Positions 22,391 through 29,610 of a DNA stretch of 37,279 nucleotides are shown here, one piece after another. The notes below the pieces were generated by a model. The model worked only from the letters and a program-made list of their open reading frames with translations, made no database searches and was not told the DNA's origin. Origin of the DNA: Clostridia bacterium. Its GTDB lineage: Bacteria; Bacillota; Clostridia; Oscillospirales; Acutalibacteraceae. A program made the translations under genes and the position numbers. The stretch is taken from positions 1 to 37,279 of the forward strand of contig JAILDS010000013.1 in NCBI GenBank assembly GCA_024689165.1. Reading direction: 5' to 3'. Position 1 is the first letter of the stretch, and each line of letters opens with the position of its first letter.

Positions 22391-22418
22391 AACTTAACAC
22401 ACTTTTCCGGGCTGTCAA
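22391..22418 (-). promoter_or_regulatory. Candidate promoter for the leader/orphan unit
   Basis: Minus strand: TTGACA (22418-22413), 16 nt ending in TGT (extended -10 TGn), then TAAGTT (22396-22391). Confidence 0.4.
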
Positions 22419-22479
22419 CGGTTCCGGAAAATTGTATCAGGGTCAGTTGATATCGCCGGAGGATCCTTCCGGCTGATTC

Positions 22480-23307
22480 TTACTTATAACTGTACGCCCG
22501 GACGTAGTCGACAATGAATTCGGACGACTCTATCCCGTCAAGATTGCCGCCCGAGGGGACGCCGTCGCTGCCGCCGACCTCGACCGAAAGGATCATGAAC
22601 TCCGGCACCTCGCTGACCCCGCCGAAATCCGTCGAAAAGCTTTTTCTGCCGTTGATATAAAAAGTGTAGCCGTCGGCGTTCCACTCGATACCGTAGGTAT
22701 TGAACTCCGAATACGGGTCGCCCTTGACAAGATACTTTTTGGCGCCGAGAGATTTGTGTGCGTCGCCGTAGCCGTCTACGTGGATGTTCGAGCTGACGGT
22801 GTTCGGTTTTTTGCTGTCGGTATAAAGGCTCTCGAACACGTCAAGCTCCGCGCCGTTTTTGCCGCCGTCGGTCTCGTCCGACACACCGTCGCAGTGCAGC
22901 CAGAACGCGCTCCAGATATCGTGGCCCTCGGGCAGGATGCAGCGGCACTCAAAATAGCCGTAGGTCTGCATGAGGGAGTTCCTCGTGTCCATGCCGTAGG
23001 TGTAGTATCCGGCAGGGCCGCCGTCGAGACCGTCTGCAAAATACTCCGTTTTGATGGTCAGCTTGCCGTCAAAGACGGTCGCCATCTTTTTGTTCCAGAT
23101 CCCGCCCCTGCGAACGGTATTGGTCTGCCACGCGTAGTGGCCCGACCAGGACGACCAGTCAACGCTTTCGCCTTCAAATTCGTCCGCCCAGGACAGTTCG
23201 AAACGGTCCATGTCGATCTTTTCGCCGGTCGCATAATAAGGAATGCCGAAAATCGCGCAGAACGCTGCGATGACCGCCATAAAGAAAGAAGTCAGTTTGT
23301 CAAACAT
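22480..23307 (-). CDS. Glycoside hydrolase family 16 (beta-1,3/1,3-1,4-glucanase type), N-terminally membrane-anchored
   Basis: Catalytic E-x-D-x-x-E motif GAELDVFE, plus WPAFW-like SAFWLH and the YGYFECR block. N-terminal anchor FFMAVIAAFCAIFGI. The start is moved to ATG 23307 (GGAGG SD 7 nt upstream). Confidence 0.9.
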   Translation of the reverse strand: MFDKLTSFFMAVIAAFCAIFGIPYYATGEKIDMDRFELSWADEFEGESVDWSSWSGHYAWQTNTVRRGGIWNKKMATVFDGKLTIKTEYFADGLDGGPAGYYTYGMDTRNSLMQTYGYFECRCILPEGHDIWSAFWLHCDGVSDETDGGKNGAELDVFESLYTDSKKPNTVSSNIHVDGYGDAHKSLGAKKYLVKGDPYSEFNTYGIEWNADGYTFYINGRKSFSTDFGGVSEVPEFMILSVEVGGSDGVPSGGNLDGIESSEFIVDYVRAYSYK

Positions 23308-23374
23308 ACTCAAGCCTCCATGATCGATTATTTGTAATTCATTCGGCCGCGTCAAAAACGCGGGACAGTACCGT

Positions 23375-23941
23375 TCAGCTCCGACCGACTTCGGCGGGCA
23401 GCCTCGCGATAAGAGCGCGACCGTTCTCTTTGAGCCATTTTTCCGTGTCGTCGTAATCGGGGCAGTATTTGAGCACCATGGAACGGAATCCGCTGCCGTG
23501 GTCCAAGTACCTGAGGTGGCACAGCTCGTGAACGACTATGGAGTCGATCACCTCGGGCGGCGCAAGCATCAGCAGACAGTTGAAGTTCAGGTTGCCCTTT
23601 GAAGAACAGCTCCCCCACTTCGTTTTCTGCCTGCGTATGGTTATCCTGCCGTATTTCAGCCCCATGACACCGGCAAAATATCCGACCCTTTCGGGGATAT
23701 AGACCGCCGCTTTGCCGGCAATCTCCCGCAGCTCCTCAACGGTAAGTGGCTCGGCAGACGCCTCGATCTCTTTTTGCTTCTCGTATGAGCTGATACGGTT
23801 TTCTATCCAGCGGCGGTGTTTGCGCAGAAACTCCTCCGCCTCGGCGTCGGTGGTTTTTTTCGGGACACGCAGGACCGGCGTTCCGTCTGTGACCCTCAGC
23901 TCAAAGCTCCTGCGTTTTTCCCTGATGATGTTTATCTCCAT
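23375..23941 (-). CDS. YgjP/DUF45 (M48-like, HExxH) metal-dependent hydrolase
   Basis: IREKRRSFELRVTDGTPVLRVP..., RRQKTKWGSCS and VVHELCHL match the DUF45 pattern. The start is set at ATG 23941 because the consensus promoter at 24043-24015 lies inside the longer track ORF. Confidence 0.85.
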   Translation of the reverse strand: MEINIIREKRRSFELRVTDGTPVLRVPKKTTDAEAEEFLRKHRRWIENRISSYEKQKEIEASAEPLTVEELREIAGKAAVYIPERVGYFAGVMGLKYGRITIRRQKTKWGSCSSKGNLNFNCLLMLAPPEVIDSIVVHELCHLRYLDHGSGFRSMVLKYCPDYDDTEKWLKENGRALIARLPAEVGRS

Positions 23942-24014
23942 ATGCTGACCGGTACAAAACGACTGCCGCCGTCTGATTTTGCGAATAAAGTATTCCGAAG
24001 CGTTCCTTTGTTCC

Positions 24015-24043
24015 ATTATAACTGCTGCAGGAGCGGTTTTCAA
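24015..24043 (-). promoter_or_regulatory. Promoter of the YgjP-GH16 unit
   Basis: Minus strand: TTGAAA (24043-24038), 17 nt, TATAAT (24020-24015). Confidence 0.6.
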
Positions 24044-24103
24044 GATGCGGTTTTTCAAAAAACCGTAAATCGGTCAGAAATCCGCCGGCGCGCCGAAAAC
24101 CGC

Positions 24104-24132
24104 TTGCTTTCAAAAGACTGACGGAGTATAAT
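24104..24132 (+). promoter_or_regulatory. Promoter of the five-gene DUF4091...851-aa operon
   Basis: TTGCTT (24104-24109), 17 nt, TATAAT (24127-24132). SD AGGAGG lies before ATG 24164. Confidence 0.6.
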
Positions 24133-24163
24133 ATGGACGTCTTAAAAAACACAGGAGGTCGAC

Positions 24164-25807
24164 ATGTTTGGTCTTTCATCGGTTCTTGCACAGCTGCGCC
24201 GCATCTTTGCGGTTTTAACCGCTATGATGATCTTTATCTCTTCCGGCTCCTCGATGGACGTTACCGTAAGCCAGCTTCTTGTCCGGGGCGTGCATGAATA
24301 CGTGCTGTCCGTCCCTTCCTACAGCTTTTATGAACCTACCGCGAAGATACCCAAGACCGGCGCTCTCGACAAAACAGCCGACTACACCATGAAGCTGGCA
24401 AAAAACGAGAGCGAATACTGCCAGATCGCATTCCAGATGCGTCTCAACAGGAGCAACCTTGCTCTGACCTGCACCGACTTCACCGATGAAAACGGGAACA
24501 CGCTTGAAACGAGCCTGTTTGAGGAGTATTACATAAAAACCACCGGCGAAACCATTATGGGCAGCTGTCCGGACCCGCTCGTTCCGGTGACCGCCGATTA
24601 CAAGTTTTCCGCGCTCGGGTGCAGCAACTACCCGTTCGTCATCCGGGTCAGGACCACGGCTGATACCCCTGCCGGAGACTACACAGCGACGATCAGCCTC
24701 ACAAGCACGACTCAGCCGGACAACAAATATGAGAACCTGTCGGTTACGGTCCACGCGCACGTGTGGGATTTCGTTCTGCCGGACGCTCCGTCCATGGACA
24801 CGGCAATGGGCCTGGGCAAGGGCGATATAGCCCGCGCCCACAGGGTCGACGTCAATTCCGAGGCAGCCTCGCAGCTCTACAAAAACTACTACGAGTTCCT
24901 GCTTGAACACAAGATCTCCGCTTACAACCTGCCGGTCGATATCCTTTCCGACGAGGCGGACGCCTACATGAGCGACCCCCGCTGCACCTCCTTCTGCATA
25001 CCCTACGGTTCCGACGAGCAGATAAGAGCTTATTACGAAAAGCTCAGCACGAACGAGGAATGGCTGAACAAGGCTTATTTCTACCCGATAGACGAGCCGA
25101 CGAAGCAGGAGGATTACGACCGCTACAACTCCATCTGCGCAAGACTCGCCTCGCTTTATCCGGATTACAACATGGTCACGCCGTTCTACGTCAATACCGT
25201 CGAGCTTGACGACGGGACCCATTACAGCGTGGACCTTCAGAACGGAAAAAGCTCGATCATGTGCCCCGAAACGGTCGTTTTTGACGGAGAATCCTTCTCC
25301 GAAAAAGCATGGGCGCGTCAAAAGAATGGCGACAAGCTCTGGTGGTACGTCTGCTGCGGGCCGTCGCCGACAAGCGATTACTGCAACCTGTTCGTCCAGC
25401 AGGACGGTATAAAGCACAGGCTCCTTTTCTGGCAGCAGAAGCAGTACAACGTGACGGGTCTGCTCTACTGGTGCACAAACTGGTGGGGCGACGTTGTCGA
25501 CTCCTGGTCTTCCGCCCATACGACCCCGTGGACCGGTGCTGACACCTTCGGCGACGGAAACCTGATGTACGACGGCTACCGTCTCGGCCAGGACTTCCCC
25601 GCCTCATCCCTGCGCCTTGAAGCAGTCACGAACGGCATTGAGGACTATGAATACCTCACCATCGCCGAAGATCTTTTCGGCAGGGACTACGTCGACGGCG
25701 TGATCGCCAAGGTCAGCAAAGACCTTACCCACTATACTCTTTTCGACGCTCAGTTTGCGAAGGTCAGAGCCGAACTCGGCAGCGCGATAGAAAAGGCTTT
25801 CGGTTAA
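24164..25807 (+). CDS. DUF4091 domain protein (GH123-like glycoside hydrolase fold), N-terminal signal/anchor
   Basis: N-terminal hydrophobic segment. The C-terminal blocks KLWWYVCCGP, RLLFWQQKQYNVTGLLYWCTNWW, GDGNLMYDG and SLRLEAVTNGIEDYEYL are what I recall from DUF4091/GH123 proteins. Confidence 0.7.
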   Translation: MFGLSSVLAQLRRIFAVLTAMMIFISSGSSMDVTVSQLLVRGVHEYVLSVPSYSFYEPTAKIPKTGALDKTADYTMKLAKNESEYCQIAFQMRLNRSNLALTCTDFTDENGNTLETSLFEEYYIKTTGETIMGSCPDPLVPVTADYKFSALGCSNYPFVIRVRTTADTPAGDYTATISLTSTTQPDNKYENLSVTVHAHVWDFVLPDAPSMDTAMGLGKGDIARAHRVDVNSEAASQLYKNYYEFLLEHKISAYNLPVDILSDEADAYMSDPRCTSFCIPYGSDEQIRAYYEKLSTNEEWLNKAYFYPIDEPTKQEDYDRYNSICARLASLYPDYNMVTPFYVNTVELDDGTHYSVDLQNGKSSIMCPETVVFDGESFSEKAWARQKNGDKLWWYVCCGPSPTSDYCNLFVQQDGIKHRLLFWQQKQYNVTGLLYWCTNWWGDVVDSWSSAHTTPWTGADTFGDGNLMYDGYRLGQDFPASSLRLEAVTNGIEDYEYLTIAEDLFGRDYVDGVIAKVSKDLTHYTLFDAQFAKVRAELGSAIEKAFG

Positions 25808-25840
25808 CGCGCAAAGCAAAATACAGGAGGAAAAACCGAT

Positions 25841-26692
25841 ATGAACGAACATAAGACTTTAAAAGGCCGCACCGCCGTAGTTACCGGAGCGGGCGGAGTC
25901 CTTTGCTCAGCTTTTTCAAAGGATCTTGCGGCTCAGGGCATGAACGTTGCCCTTCTGGACATCAACGTCTCCGCCGCGCAGGCCTTTGCCGATGAGATCA
26001 ACGCCTCGGGCGGCAGGGCGATAGCCGTCAAAGCGGACGTTCTTGACAAGGCGAGCCTCGCAGCGGCAAGGGACGAGGTCGTCGCCGCCTTCGGCGAGCC
26101 CCAGCTCCTGCTCAACGGTGCGGGCGGCAACAGCCCTCTCGGAACGACCACAAAGGAAACGCTTGACCCCGAAGACCTCGATTCCGCCGCCGAAGGCGTA
26201 AAGACATTTTTCGACCTCGACCCCAAGGGCATCGAGTTCGTATTCAACCTCAATTTCCTCGGCACCCTGCTGACGACTCAGACCTTCGCGCCGGGTCTCG
26301 CAAAACAGGAAAACGCATGCATCATCAACGTATCGTCGATGAACGCATACCGTCCCCTGACCAAGATCCCCGCTTATTCGGCCGCTAAGGCCGCTGTGTC
26401 GAACTTCACGCAGTTCATGGCGGTCCACTTTGCTCCGGTCGGCATCAGGGTAAACGCGATGGCCCCCGGCTTTTTCTCGACCAACCAGAACAAAACGCTT
26501 TTGTTCAACCCGGACGGCAGCCTCACGCCCAGATCGGACAAGATCATTTCTCACACCCCCATGCGCCGCTTCGGCACGACGGAAGATCTGACCGGGACGC
26601 TCCTTTACCTTGCGGATGAAAGCTGTTCCGGCTTCGTAACGGGCGTCATAATCCCGGTCGACGGAGGATTCTCGGCATATTCGGGAGTATGA
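25841..26692 (+). CDS. SDR-family oxidoreductase (UxuB/YjmF-like subgroup)
   Basis: TGAGGVLC Rossmann motif, NGAGGN, and the catalytic S...YSAAK motif (SSMNAY...PAYSAAKAAV). Confidence 0.92.
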   Translation: MNEHKTLKGRTAVVTGAGGVLCSAFSKDLAAQGMNVALLDINVSAAQAFADEINASGGRAIAVKADVLDKASLAAARDEVVAAFGEPQLLLNGAGGNSPLGTTTKETLDPEDLDSAAEGVKTFFDLDPKGIEFVFNLNFLGTLLTTQTFAPGLAKQENACIINVSSMNAYRPLTKIPAYSAAKAAVSNFTQFMAVHFAPVGIRVNAMAPGFFSTNQNKTLLFNPDGSLTPRSDKIISHTPMRRFGTTEDLTGTLLYLADESCSGFVTGVIIPVDGGFSAYSGV

Positions 26693-27300
26693 TCCTTGTT
26701 TTCACCTGCGAGGCGGATTCCATCAGCGGCATTGAAAGCGCCGTCAAAGGTCTGACCGCTCAGCGCAGGGAAAAATATGATTCCGCCCCGGAAAAAGATA
26801 AGGCTCTCGCTCTGGCGGCGGGGCTTTGCTTTGACGCCGCCAGGCGCCGCGCCGGTATCCCGGATGAAACAAACTACGCCCTCAATGAGTACGGCAAGCC
26901 CGTTTTTGAGGGCTTCGGCTGCGATCTTAGCCTGACACACTCCGGTTTGCTCGCCGCCTGCGCCATAAGCTGCGACGGAGCCGCGGTGGGTCTGGACTGC
27001 GAGCTGATCCGCCCCGCCCGCTGTGAGAGTATCGCCCGCAGGATGTTCAGCCCCGCCGAAACGGAGCTGATTTTATCAAGTCACGAAAACGAACGGCAGC
27101 GGGTCTTTTTTGATATCTGGACAAAAAAAGAGAGTTATATCAAGCTCCTCGGGACGGGTCTTCGCACCCAGCTGAAGAGTTTTGACGTTACGGATCCGGA
27201 CAGCCTCGGCATATTCTTCACCGGGCTTGGGATCGCCCCCGGATATGCCTGTTCCCTGTGCTCCGACATTTCATCCGGGGTCGAGGTAATAAAAATATAA
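26689..27300 (+). CDS. Sfp-type 4'-phosphopantetheinyl transferase
   Basis: Motifs GKPVF, LSLTHSG, VGLDCE and WTKKESYIKLLGTGL match PPTase motifs P1-P3. Its ATG overlaps the SDR stop (ATGA). Confidence 0.85.
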   Translation: MILVFTCEADSISGIESAVKGLTAQRREKYDSAPEKDKALALAAGLCFDAARRRAGIPDETNYALNEYGKPVFEGFGCDLSLTHSGLLAACAISCDGAAVGLDCELIRPARCESIARRMFSPAETELILSSHENERQRVFFDIWTKKESYIKLLGTGLRTQLKSFDVTDPDSLGIFFTGLGIAPGYACSLCSDISSGVEVIKI

Positions 27301-27324
27301 GCAACGGAAAGAGGCGACCATAAA

Positions 27325-29601
27325 ATGAAAAAAACGGCATCATTCTTTCTCTGCGCAGTTCTCGTTATTGCCGTACTCCCGTTCGCTGCCGCCGATAACA
27401 CAGGCGCGCAGCGGATCGTCGAGACGGTCTATCCGACCGACGACGTGGTGATCGCAGACGTCGTCGCGACCGAAGCGCCGTACTCTGCCGACCCGACGGG
27501 CTCCGAGGACGTTTCCGAAGCCCTGCAGGCCGCGCTCAACGACTGCGCCTTGTCCGGCGGAGGCACGGTATTTCTTCCGGTGGGCCGCTACAGGCTCTGT
27601 TCCCCTATCAGCATCCCGAAATTCGTCACGCTTAGAGGCGACTGGGAAGACCCCGATTCGGGCAACGACTACGGCACTATTATCGTGGCTGACGTTGCGA
27701 GCGAGGACGTCATGACGCCCGCGCTGATCACCGTCGGCGCGAGCGCAGGAGCCGTCGGGCTCACGGTATGGTATCCCGGGCAGACGCTCGACGAGGTCAG
27801 GCCTTATCCGTTCACGTTCTTCGTCATCGGCAACGGCGACTATATGCTCTCGACCGTTATGAACTGCACTCTGCTCAATTCGTACCGCGGAATAGGCGCA
27901 AGCTCCGAATGCGAGAACGGGATCAGTCAGTGCCACGAGATGTTCACCGTCGACACGGTCAAAGGGACCTGCCTTTTCGAAGGGCTGAATTCATACAACT
28001 CCGCGGACGTGGACACCTATAAAACGCTTTACATCGACAACAGGTACTGGATCGAGGCGGGGGCTGAGTTCAACGCCCCGGACCAGGATGAACTGAACGC
28101 GTATACCCGTTCAAACGGAGTCGGTCTTGCGCTGGGCGACCTTGAGTGGCCGCAGTTCACCGATATCCGCGTATCGAACATGAAATACGGCGTGACCTTC
28201 CGCAAGGGTTTCCGCTACTGCTTCAGCGGCGAGTTTTACGGGCTTATAGTAAAAGACTGCGATTTCGGGATGTATATTCCGGAAAAAATCCTCGACTCCC
28301 GCGGGAAAAGCTGGGGCGTGAGCGTATGCTCGTCCTCTCTCTCGGGCAGCGAGCTTGCGGTTTACAACCCGGGCGACAACGCGCTCGTTCTCACCGACGT
28401 TAAAATCAACGGCAGGATCAGAGGCAGGAACATTCGCAGGTACAAAACCGATACGTCGTCGCTTGCGCCTGATACTGGGAGGTCTTACGAAAAACCGGAT
28501 CCTATACTCTACGTTGTCGAAGCAGACACGTCCGGCAGGACAGACGCCTCTGCGGCGGTGAATGAAAAGCTCGCTGAAGCAGCCGCGACGGGCGGTGTGG
28601 TTTACCTCCCGGGCGGTGTCTACCGTTTTGACGCTCCGGTCACGGTCCCGGCGGGCGTTGAGCTCCGAGGCAGCTCGTCCGTTCCGACCCGCGACCAGGG
28701 CGGCAGCAGCAGCGGCACCCTGATCCTCTCGTATTACGGCTACGACGCGGCAGAGAACGCCGAAGCCGGTGACGGGCTGATAATCCTGGGAGGGAACGGC
28801 GCAGGAGTGAACGGGATCAGGATCGACTTTTACGCGAACAATCCCGTCGACGCTTCCGGCGACTATTCAAAAACCGTGCCGGCAGTTTATTCCTCCGCCG
28901 ACGATATCTACGTCACGAACACCTTCATCACCCTCGCATCCGTCGGGATAAGGCTTGAAAACTCCTCCAACGCCTATATCAAAAAGGTCGTCGGATGCTG
29001 CTGCGAGTCCATGTTCTCGCTTGAAGGCTGCTCCGGCGCGTATATAGAGGGGTGCCTTCAGAACGGCAACGCGCTGCCGAGGAACGGTTACTCGAATCTC
29101 GGGCTCGACGACCTTGCCGGCAGGATTACCGAAAACAACCTGTTTGATTACGTCTTCATACCCATCACACGCGTCAGGACGGAGTTCATCACGCTTTCGC
29201 ACTGTAGGGACGTCACCGTTTTCAATACGTTTATATACGGCGGCAAGTCATTCCTTGTTTCACTCAACAGCTCCGCGCTTGTCGTAAACGTCGGCAGCGA
29301 CGGCTCGTCCAAGACCGACCCGATGCTAAGACTCTCCGGCGGCAGTCTGAATATACTCAACTCCATGCGCTCCACCTCCGACGGAAAGCTCTGTTACCGT
29401 TTTTATGAGGCGGAGGACTGCGCTTCCGTCCGGTCATACTCCAGCCTTGGCGTCGACCTGCGGTACAGAGAGGGACCGGTATTGAAAAACATCGGCGTAT
29501 CGGAGCTGCTTCCCGGCGAGTTCATTTACCTGGTCCTTCAGCCGTTATACAGCTTATCCGCCGCTTTCGGCAGGATATCGATGAACTTAACACAGAAGTA
29601 G
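27325..29601 (+). CDS. Secreted twin right-handed beta-helix protein (two PF12708 Pectate_lyase_3-type starts; GH55-like architecture)
   Basis: Signal peptide. ADPTGSEDVSEALQAALNDCALSGGGTVFLPVGRYRL at aa ~55 and DTSGRTDASAAVNEKLAEAAATGGVVYLPGGVYRF at aa ~400 are both the characteristic N-caps of PF12708 beta-helices. Confidence 0.7.
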   Translation: MKKTASFFLCAVLVIAVLPFAAADNTGAQRIVETVYPTDDVVIADVVATEAPYSADPTGSEDVSEALQAALNDCALSGGGTVFLPVGRYRLCSPISIPKFVTLRGDWEDPDSGNDYGTIIVADVASEDVMTPALITVGASAGAVGLTVWYPGQTLDEVRPYPFTFFVIGNGDYMLSTVMNCTLLNSYRGIGASSECENGISQCHEMFTVDTVKGTCLFEGLNSYNSADVDTYKTLYIDNRYWIEAGAEFNAPDQDELNAYTRSNGVGLALGDLEWPQFTDIRVSNMKYGVTFRKGFRYCFSGEFYGLIVKDCDFGMYIPEKILDSRGKSWGVSVCSSSLSGSELAVYNPGDNALVLTDVKINGRIRGRNIRRYKTDTSSLAPDTGRSYEKPDPILYVVEADTSGRTDASAAVNEKLAEAAATGGVVYLPGGVYRFDAPVTVPAGVELRGSSSVPTRDQGGSSSGTLILSYYGYDAAENAEAGDGLIILGGNGAGVNGIRIDFYANNPVDASGDYSKTVPAVYSSADDIYVTNTFITLASVGIRLENSSNAYIKKVVGCCCESMFSLEGCSGAYIEGCLQNGNALPRNGYSNLGLDDLAGRITENNLFDYVFIPITRVRTEFITLSHCRDVTVFNTFIYGGKSFLVSLNSSALVVNVGSDGSSKTDPMLRLSGGSLNILNSMRSTSDGKLCYRFYEAEDCASVRSYSSLGVDLRYREGPVLKNIGVSELLPGEFIYLVLQPLYSLSAAFGRISMNLTQK

Positions 29602-29610
29602 GGAATCGTT

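Noticed and set aside
22448-22473. Hairpin GCCGGA..TCCGGC after the GH16 stop as a terminator
   Set aside because: It has a short 6-bp stem around a BamHI palindrome and no U-tract on the minus strand, so it is too weak to call.
23308-23355. Longer N-terminus for GH16
   Set aside because: The GGAGG SD lies inside the extension, positioned for ATG 23307, which begins directly with the membrane anchor.
23942-24058. Longer N-terminus for the YgjP-like gene
   Set aside because: A TTGAAA-17-TATAAT promoter sits inside the extension, and the M15 ATG overlaps the -10 box. The family-typical N-terminus starts at MEINIIREKRRS.
24215-26554. 434-aa (24215-25519) and 212-aa (25916-26554) minus-strand ORFs
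   Set aside because: They are antisense to the DUF4091 and SDR genes, are Arg/Gly/Val-rich, and show no family features.
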